DNA from: Acidobacteriota bacterium
GTDB taxonomy: Bacteria > Acidobacteriota > UBA6911 > RPQK01 > JAJDTT01
Direction of reading: 5' to 3'
DNA length: 64,000 bases
Assembly: GCA_965217775.1 (NCBI GenBank)
Contig: CBDCJH010000002.1
Location: 5,184,001 to 5,248,000 of the forward strand
Within the stretch, counting starts at the first letter, position 1. Each line of letters opens with the position of its first letter. Below are positions 50,846 to 60,828 of this stretch, piece after piece. Made by a program: the position numbers and the translations under genes. The notes beneath the pieces were generated by a model. The model made no database searches and was not told where the DNA came from. It was given only the letters and a program-made list of their open reading frames with translations.

Positions 50846-50944
50846 TTCCCAATGCGGTTTGTGGGCGGTGGGTCGCCGGATAATCAGATTATCCGGTTTC
50901 GAAATCGTTCCACGGTGGGGGCTCCTGGTATCGACTCACCCGGG

Positions 50945-52453
50945 CTAATTCGGCCCCAGCCGGGGAGTAGCTTTCTCCATCAGGTACTCGATCACCAGGG
51001 TGAGATCGCGGGGCGCGACGTTCATCCCCTTCTCGAACATGTACTCTTCCATTTTACGGGTCACGCCCGGCCAATCCTCGCGGCCGTAGGCTTCGGGGTG
51101 AGGCCGGGCATGGCAACCGGTGCAGGCCCGCTCCACCGCCCGTGCTCCGGGAGAGTCGTCCAACCGGGCGGCCGGCGCGGGACGGTGTTTCAGGGAAAGG
51201 GACGGGACGGCGAACGCGGAGTTGTCACTGGAGATCCGGTCCCGGTAGTGGATCAGCGTCAGCGTCAACAGGTAGGTGTTGGCGCCGTCCATGGTGCCCA
51301 GTTTGATCCCCGCGACCGGCGGTTTGTCCAGTCCCCAAAGACTGAGGGCGCGGGGTAGCGGCCAGACGCCCGTTTCACTCTGCGACGCGACGTACCCGTT
51401 CACGGCGGCGTCCACCTGAGGCGATCTCCTGCCGGCGGTCATGAGCGCCCGCACCAGGAGGCTGCGGAAGCCCGGGAACTCCATCAAGGCGAAATGCGAC
51501 TTCCAGCCACGACCGATGGTCGCCTCCATGAGTTGAAGACACCGCTGGTAGGCCAAGTCGGGTTCCAGGTCGAAGTCGTGGGTCAGGAAAACGTACCAGG
51601 CCAGTCCTACGTAGTCCGCTGCGATCATGGGCGGACCCAGGGCCAGGAGCCGGTTCGCCAGTCCCCGGCGGAGATCGGTCAGGCGAGCGTCCGTGGACGG
51701 AAACCCGGCTTGCAGGAGCGCGTACAGTAGCTTGGCGCTGTTCTCCAGGTCGGGCACCGGGCTGCCGTGCTCCCAGCCGTGCTTTCCGGTGAGCGAGTTC
51801 CGGGCGTTGCCCAGGGTCTGGATGATGTTGCCCGATTGCATGATGGTGAAGATCCGGTCGGGGACCGGCAGGGAACTGGGGGGTAGATAGGGAAGGGAGA
51901 GCGGCGACCTGAGCGCCCAGTCGTACGCCTTCTTAACCAGGGAAGAGCGGCCCAAATTGGCCAGTGCGATCATGCCCTTGGGATGGAGGCAGCCCTCGTG
52001 GGACCAGAGCCAGCTCCCGGTCCGGCCATCGAATTCCTCCACGAACCAGGTTCTGACCTTCCGGAAAAGATCGCTCTCGGGGTCGACACCGAAGTCCTGG
52101 TAGTACATGAGGAAATGGGTCAGCAGGTAGAGCTGGTAGGCCACGTAAGCCTTGGGTCCGTAGCGTTTGACGGTGCCCTCGGCATTCTTGTAGTCGACGT
52201 AGCCGCCGTTGGAGACGGCGGCGTAAGAGGGCTCGACGAAGTCCCGGATGAAGGATCGGGTGCCCCGGGTGATGGCTCGATCAAGATCCGCCCGCGCCGG
52301 CTGTCCCGGCACCGGCGGCGAGGGAATCTCGCCCTGCGCGGGGAGCTCGCCGGCACCCTTGATCGGGGCTGCCGTAAGGTTCGCCAGCGTCAACAGCAGG
52401 AGAATCACTGTCCCCATCGGACTCGCCGGTACCGGTTTGGAAAGGACCTGCAT
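50945..52453 (-). CDS. Secreted helical (alpha/alpha toroid-like) protein with C-terminal c-type heme motif (start uncertain)
   Basis: Hydrophobic N-terminus, SQSETGVW QW-like motif, CTGCH followed by WPGVTRKM. Confidence 0.7.
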   Translation of the reverse strand: MQVLSKPVPASPMGTVILLLLTLANLTAAPIKGAGELPAQGEIPSPPVPGQPARADLDRAITRGTRSFIRDFVEPSYAAVSNGGYVDYKNAEGTVKRYGPKAYVAYQLYLLTHFLMYYQDFGVDPESDLFRKVRTWFVEEFDGRTGSWLWSHEGCLHPKGMIALANLGRSSLVKKAYDWALRSPLSLPYLPPSSLPVPDRIFTIMQSGNIIQTLGNARNSLTGKHGWEHGSPVPDLENSAKLLYALLQAGFPSTDARLTDLRRGLANRLLALGPPMIAADYVGLAWYVFLTHDFDLEPDLAYQRCLQLMEATIGRGWKSHFALMEFPGFRSLLVRALMTAGRRSPQVDAAVNGYVASQSETGVWPLPRALSLWGLDKPPVAGIKLGTMDGANTYLLTLTLIHYRDRISSDNSAFAVPSLSLKHRPAPAARLDDSPGARAVERACTGCHARPHPEAYGREDWPGVTRKMEEYMFEKGMNVAPRDLTLVIEYLMEKATPRLGPN

Positions 52454-52533
52454 GTTGCGGAGTTCCGGAGCGCAGTCTAGCATAGCAGCCCTCAACGGCC
52501 CGTAGCGGGAGCCCCAGCGGAAAGGTTTCAGGA

Positions 52534-54141
52534 ATGCAAGACACGAGACCGGAAAACTCATCTCCTGGCTCGGGAAGCCGTGGCTTTCAGGCGCCCCATC
52601 CCGGTTCCAAGGAGATGCCGCGATGGCAGACCGGTGAGTTGGTGAAGGCGCCCGTCTTCACGACTCGCAACTGGTTCGGGTTGCTGGGCCCCGGCCTGCT
52701 CCTGGGAGGGGGCGCCATCGGCGGCGGCGAATGGCTGATGGGGCCCGCCGTCACGGCCAAGTACGGCGGCGCTCTCATGTGGCTCGCCACCCTGAGCATC
52801 ATGAGTCAGGTTCTCTACAACATTGAGATCAGCCGCTACACACTCTACACGGGAGAACCGATCTTCACCGGCAAGTTCCGTACGTTGCCTGGACCCAGAT
52901 TCTGGCTCATCGCCTACATCTTCCTGGATTTCGGAGCCGTCTTTCCCTATCTGGCGGCCAATGCGGCCACGCCTCTGGCCGCCGTGCTCCTGGGCGGAGT
53001 CCTGCCGGACCCCCTCAACAACGATGCCCACTGGTGGCTCCTGAAGATCCTGGGCTACGTGATTTTCCTGGCGGCCCTGGTTCCGTTGCTGATCGGCGGC
53101 AAGATCTACAACTCGCTCCGGGCGGTGATGACCTTCAAGATCGTGGTGGTCCTGGGGTTTCTCTCGATCCTGGGAATCTTCCACTCCAGTCTCTCCACCT
53201 GGGGCGAGATCTTCAGCGGCTTCCTCAAGTTCGGGTCGGTTCCCGTCGGTGGAAACGAGACCGAGAACATCTTCGTCTCCCTGCTGGACAAGGGTACGAT
53301 GCCCGAGATCGATTTCAGCACCATCTCCCTCCTGGCGGCATTCGCCGCCATCGCCGGCAGCGGGGGGCTCTCCAATGCTCCCATCAGCAACTACACGAGG
53401 GATCAGGGTTGGGGAATGGGGCGTCACGTCGGAGCCATCCCCAGCGTCATCGGGGGGCACAACCTGAGCCTGTCCCACGTGGGAATGGTCTTCGAGGTGA
53501 CGCGGAGCTCCCTGGGCAGATTCCGCCGCTGGTACCGGCATGTTGCCCGCGACCAGTTGGCCGTCTGGATGCCGGCCTGCTTCCTGGGACTGGCCCTGCC
53601 CAGCATGCTCTCGGTGCAATTTCTGCCCCGGGGTACGGAAGCCAGCAGTTGGGTCGCAGCCGGCATGACGGCGTCCGGGGTCCGGGATCACGTGGGGGCG
53701 GCCTGGGGCCTGGACGCCGGCGTGCTCTTCTGGTACCTCACCATGTTCTGCGGTTTTCTGGTTCTGGCTCCGACCATGGCGACGTCGGCGGACGGAGTGA
53801 TCCGCCGCTGGGTGGACGTGTTCTGGACCTCCAGCGCCCGCCTGCGGAAGCTGGAGCCCGGCCGGATCCGGATCGTCTATTTCAAGGTGCTGGCCGGCTA
53901 TGCCGTGTTCGGTCTCATCATGCTCTCTTTGGCGCCGCCGCTGGAACTCTTGAAGTTCGCCACCAACATCTTCAATTACGCTTTGGGCGTGAGCTGCTTC
54001 CACACGCTGGCCGTCAACGTCATCCTGTTGCCCCCGGAACTTCGCCCCGGCTGGCCCATGCGAATCGGAATGTTCCTGGCCGGATCCTTCTTCACCCTGT
54101 TGGCCATCATCACGACCCTGAGTCTGGTCGGATTGCTTTGA
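52534..54141 (+). CDS. Nramp-like (YcsG-type) membrane transporter
   Basis: LGPGLLLGGGAIGGGEW, RYTLYTGE and many TM helices. Confidence 0.8.
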   Translation: MQDTRPENSSPGSGSRGFQAPHPGSKEMPRWQTGELVKAPVFTTRNWFGLLGPGLLLGGGAIGGGEWLMGPAVTAKYGGALMWLATLSIMSQVLYNIEISRYTLYTGEPIFTGKFRTLPGPRFWLIAYIFLDFGAVFPYLAANAATPLAAVLLGGVLPDPLNNDAHWWLLKILGYVIFLAALVPLLIGGKIYNSLRAVMTFKIVVVLGFLSILGIFHSSLSTWGEIFSGFLKFGSVPVGGNETENIFVSLLDKGTMPEIDFSTISLLAAFAAIAGSGGLSNAPISNYTRDQGWGMGRHVGAIPSVIGGHNLSLSHVGMVFEVTRSSLGRFRRWYRHVARDQLAVWMPACFLGLALPSMLSVQFLPRGTEASSWVAAGMTASGVRDHVGAAWGLDAGVLFWYLTMFCGFLVLAPTMATSADGVIRRWVDVFWTSSARLRKLEPGRIRIVYFKVLAGYAVFGLIMLSLAPPLELLKFATNIFNYALGVSCFHTLAVNVILLPPELRPGWPMRIGMFLAGSFFTLLAIITTLSLVGLL

Positions 54142-54177
54142 TGAGGGTTCGCCGCGCGCCGGCGTCTGTCCGCGGCT

Positions 54178-54873
54178 TCAGAATCCGAACTTCTTCAACA
54201 GGCGGGCGGTTTCTTGCGGCTTCTCCAGAGGAGGCAGGTCGGGCCGGCGCATGATCTCGTGCGCCTCCTTCTCGAAGACGAGCATCTGTCCCGCCTTCTC
54301 AGGCAGGATCCGGAGGCAGCTCGCGGGGAGCTTGATGACCCCTTCGTTGTTGGCGTGGATGACGTCGCCCGGGGTCACCTGGATGCCGCCGACCTGAACC
54401 GGCTCGTTCACCCCCGAGACCGTCAGCGCGCAGTGGTGGATGGTGAGGCCTCGCGCATAGGCTGCGAAGGGAATGCTCATCAGTCCGGGAATGTCTCTGA
54501 CCCCGCCATTGGTCACGAGCGCGCTGCAACCGGCGGTGTGCAGCGCTTTGGCCATGCCGTCGCCGAACACGCACTCGTGCTCGGGCCTGGAGCCGACCGC
54601 CTCGCATACCCACACCACGGGCTCTTCCATCTTGTCGATCCGGTCCACCATCTCCCAGAAACCGCTCAGGTCCGATTGCCTTCCGGGCGTGCTGCTGTCC
54701 AGCTTGCAGGTCACGGCCACTCCGACGCTGGGGCCCAGCGAAGGGGTGACCGATTGGATGGCGCCCGACATGTAGAACTCTTCGGGCGGAGTCGGATCGA
54801 TGTAGCCGATGGTGTTGGCGAGCAATGCCGTGTCGTATTCGATCAGACGGTTCAAAGTCTGAATCAGGGACAT
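54178..54873 (-). CDS. RraA/HMG aldolase family protein
   Basis: VGVAVT, FGDGMA, VTNGGVRD, VTPGDVIHANNEGV. Confidence 0.85.
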   Translation of the reverse strand: MSLIQTLNRLIEYDTALLANTIGYIDPTPPEEFYMSGAIQSVTPSLGPSVGVAVTCKLDSSTPGRQSDLSGFWEMVDRIDKMEEPVVWVCEAVGSRPEHECVFGDGMAKALHTAGCSALVTNGGVRDIPGLMSIPFAAYARGLTIHHCALTVSGVNEPVQVGGIQVTPGDVIHANNEGVIKLPASCLRILPEKAGQMLVFEKEAHEIMRRPDLPPLEKPQETARLLKKFGF

Positions 54874-55009
54874 GTTCTCCTCCGTCGAAATCTTCGCTGG
54901 TCGCCGTCCGATCCAGTGTAGAATCGGACGGTAATGGTCGAAAGGGTCCGATAGCCTATCATGGTCTCTTCAGGTGGTAGTACGCGGATATGAAGCACGC
55001 GAGGCATCG

Positions 55010-56005
55010 ATGAGCGGAGGTCGAGTGAAGACTGAACGAACCGGACGCCGGGAATTCCTTGCCGGCCTGGGAACCGGTCTTCTGGCGGTCTCCGGGAAGC
55101 CGATCCGAGGCGAACCTTTCGCTCACCGCCGGAGTGCCGCCGTTCCCGAGTGGACGTATTCCATCTTCTCCAAGCATCTGCAATGGTTGGACTACCCGGA
55201 ATTGGGAGTGGCCGTGTCCCAGTTGGGCTTTGACGGAGTCGACCTCACCGTCCGTCCTTCAGGGCATGTTCTGCCCGAGAAGGTGAGAACTGATCTTCCC
55301 CGGGCGGTGTCGGCCGTCGGGGAATCGGGTGTCCGCGTTCCCACTATAACGACGGCCATAATCCACCCGGAGGATGCTGGGACCCGGGAGATCCTGGAGA
55401 CCGCCAGCGGCCTGGGGATCCCCTGCTATCGGCTGGGGTACTATCGCTACCCGGAAGACGGGGACATTTCGGAGACGCTGGCGGAGATCAGGAGAAATCT
55501 CGCCGGCTTGGCCGATCTGAATCGAAGGTTCGAGATCTGCGGCGACTATCAGAACCACGCCGGCGCTTCCCATTTTGGAGCGGCGTTGTGGGACCTGCGT
55601 CAAGCGTTGGAGGGACTCCCCCGGCGCTGGCTCGGTTGCCAGTTCGACATCCGCCACGCCACCGTGGAAGGGGGGCTTGCCTGGCCCACCAACTTCAGGG
55701 CCTTGGCCGACCGGGTCCACACCGTGGTGGTGAAAGACTTCAGGTGGAAGGAAACACCCGGCGGGTGGCAGGTGGAAAACTGTCCCTTGGGCGAGGGCAT
55801 GGTTCCCATCGGTCCCTTTCTGGCCCGCTTGCTGAAATCGGGTTTCGCAGGTCCAATCAGCCTTCACTGCGAGTACTCCCTCGGCGGCGCCGAGCGGGGC
55901 ACCCGCCGACTCACCATGGACCGGGATCGGGTTCTGGAGTCCATCGGGAAGGATCTGGCCACCCTGAAGCGGCTGGTGCGAGAGGCCGTGGCTTCCGTGG
56001 GCTGA
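55010..56005 (+). CDS. Tat-exported sugar-phosphate isomerase/epimerase-like TIM barrel
   Basis: GRREFL signal, FSKHLQ, GFDGVDLTVR, YQNH, FDIRH, VKDF. Confidence 0.85.
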   Translation: MSGGRVKTERTGRREFLAGLGTGLLAVSGKPIRGEPFAHRRSAAVPEWTYSIFSKHLQWLDYPELGVAVSQLGFDGVDLTVRPSGHVLPEKVRTDLPRAVSAVGESGVRVPTITTAIIHPEDAGTREILETASGLGIPCYRLGYYRYPEDGDISETLAEIRRNLAGLADLNRRFEICGDYQNHAGASHFGAALWDLRQALEGLPRRWLGCQFDIRHATVEGGLAWPTNFRALADRVHTVVVKDFRWKETPGGWQVENCPLGEGMVPIGPFLARLLKSGFAGPISLHCEYSLGGAERGTRRLTMDRDRVLESIGKDLATLKRLVREAVASVG

Positions 56006-56156
56006 TGCCTGACGGCAAGAACCCCCGTAGCCGCTTCTCGTTCGCTTGCCTCCCTTTCGCTAAATGGAACTCGCCTCCAGAGGCCGTCGTGAAATATTCT
56101 GAAGTCCGAAAGTCCCATTTTCCCTTGAGCAGTAAAAGAAAGCGGAACCATCCAAG

Positions 56157-57146
56157 ATGAACATCGAGATCCGAGAGATCCAGAGAAGAATCGATGCCGA
56201 GAGTGTCGTGGTGGAGCGACTCCTCGAAGAGGTTTCCAAGGTGATCGTGGGCCAGGAATATATGGTCCGGCGCCTGCTCATCGGGCTTCTCACCAATGGC
56301 CACGTACTGCTGGAGGGGGTGCCCGGTCTGGCCAAGACCCTGACGGTCAAGACCCTCTCCCAGACCATCGCCACCGGGTTTCAACGGGTTCAGTTCACGC
56401 CCGACCTGCTCCCCGCGGATCTGATCGGCACGCTGGTCTACGATCAGAGCGACGGCACCTTCAAGACCAAGAAGGGACCCATCTTCTCCAACCTGATTCT
56501 GGCTGACGAGATCAATCGCTCACCGGCCAAGGTCCAGTCGGCTCTGCTGGAGGCCATGCAGGAGCGGACCGTGACCATCGGCGAAACCACTTATCCCCTG
56601 GATGACCCGTTCCTGGTTCTGGCGACCCAGAATCCCATCGAGCAGGAGGGCACCTATCCGCTTCCGGAGGCGCAGGTCGACCGCTTCATGTTGAAGCTGT
56701 CGGTGGGGTATCCGTCGCGAATGGAAGAGTTGGAGATCATGCGCCGCATGTCCGGAAGCGTCGTTCCCGAGGCCAGCCCTGTGGTGTCGCCGGAGGAGGT
56801 CCGACGCGCCCGGGACGCGGTGCAGGAAATCTACATGGACGCCAAGATTCAACGGTATATCGTCGACATCGTCTTCGCGACGCGAACTCCCGGCGATTGC
56901 GGAATGGACGAGCTGGTCGACCTCGTCAATTTCGGGGCTTCTCCCAGAGCCTCCATCTTTCTGGCTCGGGCGGCCCGGGCCCACGCCTTCCTGGACCATC
57001 GGGCCTATGTGACTCCGGAAGACGTTCGCGCCATCGGCATGGACGTCCTCAGGCACCGGGTCATTCTGACCTACGAGGCGGAAGCCGAAGAGGTGACTGC
57101 CGAGGACGTGGTCCGGAAGGTCCTGAACAACGTGGAAGTGCCGTAA
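56157..57146 (+). CDS. moxR: MoxR-family AAA+ ATPase
   Basis: LLEGVPGLAKT, QFTPDLLPAD, ADEINRSPAKVQSALLEAM, ATQNPIEQEGTYPLPEAQ. Confidence 0.96.
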   Translation: MNIEIREIQRRIDAESVVVERLLEEVSKVIVGQEYMVRRLLIGLLTNGHVLLEGVPGLAKTLTVKTLSQTIATGFQRVQFTPDLLPADLIGTLVYDQSDGTFKTKKGPIFSNLILADEINRSPAKVQSALLEAMQERTVTIGETTYPLDDPFLVLATQNPIEQEGTYPLPEAQVDRFMLKLSVGYPSRMEELEIMRRMSGSVVPEASPVVSPEEVRRARDAVQEIYMDAKIQRYIVDIVFATRTPGDCGMDELVDLVNFGASPRASIFLARAARAHAFLDHRAYVTPEDVRAIGMDVLRHRVILTYEAEAEEVTAEDVVRKVLNNVEVP

Positions 57147-57271
57147 GACGAGGAAAAAGAAAAGAGGAAAGAGAAAAAAGAGGAAGATGGGAAAAGCTGC
57201 CGCTCGCTTTGGACTTGTGGGCCGCGCGTGCTTCGCGGCGGGCGGCGTCCGTCTTGGGGTTTTCCGTTGAG

Positions 57272-58153
57272 ATGATTCCACGAGAGATCCTGCGCAAGGT
57301 TCGCCGTCTCGAGATCGCCACTCGAGGTCTGGTCAACAACGTCTTTTCGGGCGAATACCATTCCGTGTTCAAGGGACGCGGCATGAGCTTTGCCGAGGTC
57401 CGCGAGTACCAGATCGGGGATGACGTCCGGACTATCGACTGGAATGTGACGGCCCGCATGGATCGTCCCTACGTCAAGCTGTTCGACGAGGAGAGGGACC
57501 TGACGGTGATGCTCCTGGTCGACGCCAGCCTCTCGGGAGAGTTCGGGTCCGGGGAGCGCATGAAGGGAGAGGTCGCCGTCGAGATCTGCGCTCTGCTGGC
57601 GTTTTCCGCCATCAAGAACAACGACAAGGTGGGCCTGATCATCTTCACCGACCGGATCGAGAAATTCGTGCCCCCCCGCAAGGGCCGCTCCCACGTGCTC
57701 CGGGTCCTGCGGGAGTTGCTGTATTTCCAGCCCCGGCACCACGCCACCGACATCGGTCTGGCCCTCGAGTACCTGATGCGGGTGATCCGCCGAAGAAGCA
57801 TCGTGTTCCTGGTGTCGGACTTCCTCGCGGACGGTTTCCGGCGCGGGCTCCGGGTCGCCAACCGGAGGCATGACGTGGTGGCCATCCGGGTCCGGGACCC
57901 CAGGGAACGGGAACTTCCGCGAGTGGGTTTCGTCGAGTTCGAGGATGCCGAGACGGGCGAGCAACTGATCCTCAACACCAATGACCCCGAGGTTCGAGAG
58001 GCTTTCAAGGCCCAGGTTCTCCGGGAGGACGAGGAGTTCAGGAGCTTTCTCAACTCCATCAGCGTCGACAGCATCGAGGTGGATTCCAACCGGAGCTATC
58101 TGGAGTTGTTGATCCGGTTCTTCCGGACCCGGAGCCGGCGACTGCGGCGATGA
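57272..58153 (+). CDS. DUF58 protein
   Basis: GEYHSVFKGRGMSFAEVREY, IDWNVTAR, VSDF. Confidence 0.93.
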   Translation: MIPREILRKVRRLEIATRGLVNNVFSGEYHSVFKGRGMSFAEVREYQIGDDVRTIDWNVTARMDRPYVKLFDEERDLTVMLLVDASLSGEFGSGERMKGEVAVEICALLAFSAIKNNDKVGLIIFTDRIEKFVPPRKGRSHVLRVLRELLYFQPRHHATDIGLALEYLMRVIRRRSIVFLVSDFLADGFRRGLRVANRRHDVVAIRVRDPRERELPRVGFVEFEDAETGEQLILNTNDPEVREAFKAQVLREDEEFRSFLNSISVDSIEVDSNRSYLELLIRFFRTRSRRLRR

Positions 58154-59145
58154 GACACAACGCCATCTCAATTGCGATCCTGATCTTCTGCCTGCTGGTG
58201 CTGCGGGGACAATCCCCCGTCCAGTTGGATTCCCAGGTGGATCTTACCCAGGTCACGGTGGGGGATCCGATTCGCTTCACCCTGACGGTGACGGCGGTCC
58301 CCGGCGTGGAAGTGGATCTGCCGGAAGTGGACCCTGACTTGGGCGAGTTCGAGGTCCTCGGCCAGGAGGTCGCGGGTCCGGTCGAGGAGGAAGGGAATCG
58401 GATCTGGACCGTGGCCTACACTCTGGCTCTCTACGAAACGGGCAGTTTCGAGATTCCACCGGTCCCGGTGACCTACCGTGGCGACGGGATCCAAGCCGGC
58501 TCGGTCCGGACGCAGGAGCATTCGATTCGGGTCGAGAGCACTCTGTCGGACGATTCCAAGGACATCCTCGACATCAAGGGACCGCTGGAGATTCCGCGAA
58601 GCCTCTGGTCGCTGTGGCCCTGGTTCGCCGCCGCCCTGGGCCTGGCGGCCCTGATCCTCCTGTATCTTCGCCGGAGGGGCGGGGAGGCTCCGTCGGCGGT
58701 CTCGCGGAAACCCCGGCTCTCGCCTTATGACGAGGCGTATCAGGCGCTCTGCCGCCTCCGGGACTCGGGACTTCCGGAAGAGGGTCGGCTCAAGCCCTAT
58801 TTCACCCGGCTCTCGGAGATCATCCGCCACTACCTGGAACGGCGGTATCCGATTCAAGCCATGGAATCGACGACCACGCAGGTCCTGGACCAACTGCGGA
58901 AGATGGCTCTCGCCCTGGATGAGCTGCAACTGTTTCGGGATTTCTTCCCTTGCTGTGACCTGGTCAAATTCGCCAAATACACCCCCCCGCTCCCGGAGCA
59001 GGAGCGAGTGACGAAGCTGGCCTTCCGGATTCTGGAGGTCACCCGCCCGGCGGAACCGGTTCTATCGGCCGCCCCGCAGTCCGCGCCGGAGACCGGCGAT
59101 CGTCAGCCAGGGGATCGCCGCTACGGGCAAGACGATACACATTAG
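58150..59145 (+). CDS. Bat-operon membrane protein (BatD-like N-terminal domain)
   Basis: Signal peptide, VTVGDP, DIKGP, a TM helix, DLVKFAK. Confidence 0.75.
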   Translation: MRHNAISIAILIFCLLVLRGQSPVQLDSQVDLTQVTVGDPIRFTLTVTAVPGVEVDLPEVDPDLGEFEVLGQEVAGPVEEEGNRIWTVAYTLALYETGSFEIPPVPVTYRGDGIQAGSVRTQEHSIRVESTLSDDSKDILDIKGPLEIPRSLWSLWPWFAAALGLAALILLYLRRRGGEAPSAVSRKPRLSPYDEAYQALCRLRDSGLPEEGRLKPYFTRLSEIIRHYLERRYPIQAMESTTTQVLDQLRKMALALDELQLFRDFFPCCDLVKFAKYTPPLPEQERVTKLAFRILEVTRPAEPVLSAAPQSAPETGDRQPGDRRYGQDDTH

Positions 59146-59156
59146 AGGAGGTCATC

Positions 59157-59477
59157 ATGGTTCCTGTTCCCCCGATTTTGCTTGGGGCTCTGATCGACGC
59201 TGTGGTCACGGCCGTTACGAAAGTCATTGACAAGCGAATGGGCAAAGACCCAGGGTCCGGCATCGATGCGGCAGATGTGCGCCAAGCGTTCGATCAGGCC
59301 ACGACGAACCTGCAAGACGACTTGGCTCAGATCCGGGAGGCTATTGCGTCGCGTCCCACGACCGAGGCCCTGGAATCGACCATCCGCGATCTGGAATCTC
59401 GGATCTATCGGGCCTTGGCAGTACAGGCCGCCGGCATCGTGGGGATGGTTGCGGCCCTCCTGTGGGTTCTCGGATGA
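59157..59477 (+). CDS. Small coiled-coil protein with C-terminal TM helix
   Basis: GAGGAGG RBS, heptad pattern and hydrophobic C-terminus. Confidence 0.6.
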   Translation: MVPVPPILLGALIDAVVTAVTKVIDKRMGKDPGSGIDAADVRQAFDQATTNLQDDLAQIREAIASRPTTEALESTIRDLESRIYRALAVQAAGIVGMVAALLWVLG

Positions 59478-59583
59478 GGATCGTGTGCGGGATCACGGCC
59501 GCACGGATTCTCCCACCGAGTGGGAGTTCAAAGCTGACCGCCGGCGGGTCCGAAACCGGTAGAGTGGACCCCTGGGGCCATAG

Positions 59584-59741
59584 CAGCCCGTGGCAAAAGT
59601 CATCACGGCATTCGACCGTCCCTGCATCCCGGCGGACGGCGTTGCGATTCGGGCACATACTCCCGGTATGCACCCGAATCGCGCCTTGTCCGGCGGGCGC
59701 AGGAACGGTCTCGGTGCTCGCGGGACTTTCACCACGGACTG
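59584..59741 (-). mobile_element. 158-bp MITE, copy 3 (inverted)
   Basis: Reverse complement of copy 1, flanked by ATAG on both sides. Confidence 0.85.
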
Positions 59742-59808
59742 ATAGAGAACCTCGATTCGGACAATTGGGGATCTACGACCTGATTTCGCTTTGCCCCGAG
59801 ATTTGACC

Positions 59809-60801
59809 ATGTCGTACCGTTTCGCGGATCCCTGGTTTCTCAGCCTGCTGCTGATCCTTCCGCTGATCCTGGTCTGGACCCTGAGGCGGGCGGGCCGCCG
59901 GAACTCCAGTCTGCGGTTTCCGCATGTGGGATCTCTCAAGAAGGCCTATAAGCCCATGGCGGCCCGTTCCCGCCATTTTCTATTCGCCCTTCGGTTGATT
60001 GCCCTGGGGCTTCTGGTTCTCGCCGCGGCCCGGCCCCAGAGTGGCGCCACGCGTGAGGAGGTGACGGCGGAAGGGATCGACATCGTGCTGGCATTGGATC
60101 TGTCCAGTTCCATGCTGGCCCAGGACATCGAGCCGGACCGGATCGAGGCGGCGAAGCAGGTGGCCGCCGATTTCATCCGCCGCCGGACCAACGACCGCAT
60201 CGGCTTGGTGGTCTTCGCCAGCCACGGTTTCGTCCAATGTCCCCTGACCCTGGACTACGGGATCCTTCTGGATTTTCTGGACGAGCTGAAGGTGGGCCTG
60301 CTGGACGACGGGACCGCCCTGGGCATGGGCATCGCCACCGCGGTCGGACGTCTCAAGGAAAGTGAAGCCGAGTCCAAGGTGTTGATCCTGCTCACCGACG
60401 GCCGCAACAACGCGGGGGAAATCGACCCCGCCACCGCGGCCCAGATGGCCCAGGCCTTCGAAATCCGCATCTACTCCATCGGAGCCGGAACCCGGGGCGT
60501 GGCCCCCTATCCGGTGGACGACCCCGTCTTAGGCCGCCGCCAGACCCGGATTCGTGTCGACATCGACGAAGAGGCTCTTCGTCAAGCCGCCGACGTGACG
60601 GGCGGGCGATATTTTCGGGCCACGGATCGTGAGAGCCTGGAGCAGATCTACAGTGAGATCGACGAATTGGAAAAGAGTGAGATCAAGGTGAACCAATACA
60701 CTCAATACGGAGAGCTGTTCCCCTATCCGCTGGCCCTGGCCGTCGTGATTCTGTTGGGTGAGCTGGGACTCTCCGGAACCTGGTTTCGGAAGATACCGTG
60801 A
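59809..60801 (+). CDS. batA: BatA vWA protein
   Basis: LAAARPQ, GIDIVLALDLSSSM, QCPLTLD, LLTDGRNN. Confidence 0.88.
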   Translation: MSYRFADPWFLSLLLILPLILVWTLRRAGRRNSSLRFPHVGSLKKAYKPMAARSRHFLFALRLIALGLLVLAAARPQSGATREEVTAEGIDIVLALDLSSSMLAQDIEPDRIEAAKQVAADFIRRRTNDRIGLVVFASHGFVQCPLTLDYGILLDFLDELKVGLLDDGTALGMGIATAVGRLKESEAESKVLILLTDGRNNAGEIDPATAAQMAQAFEIRIYSIGAGTRGVAPYPVDDPVLGRRQTRIRVDIDEEALRQAADVTGGRYFRATDRESLEQIYSEIDELEKSEIKVNQYTQYGELFPYPLALAVVILLGELGLSGTWFRKIP

Positions 60802-60828
60802 AACCAGACATACCGGAGGGAAGGGATC

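Noticed and set aside
41000-51000. Prophage or integrase-driven island carrying the DGR
   Set aside because: No capsid, terminase, tail, integrase or conjugation genes were recognised in the window.
57147-57196. Polypurine tract between moxR and the DUF58 gene
   Set aside because: It is a single low-complexity intergenic tract with no repeat unit or other support for a function.
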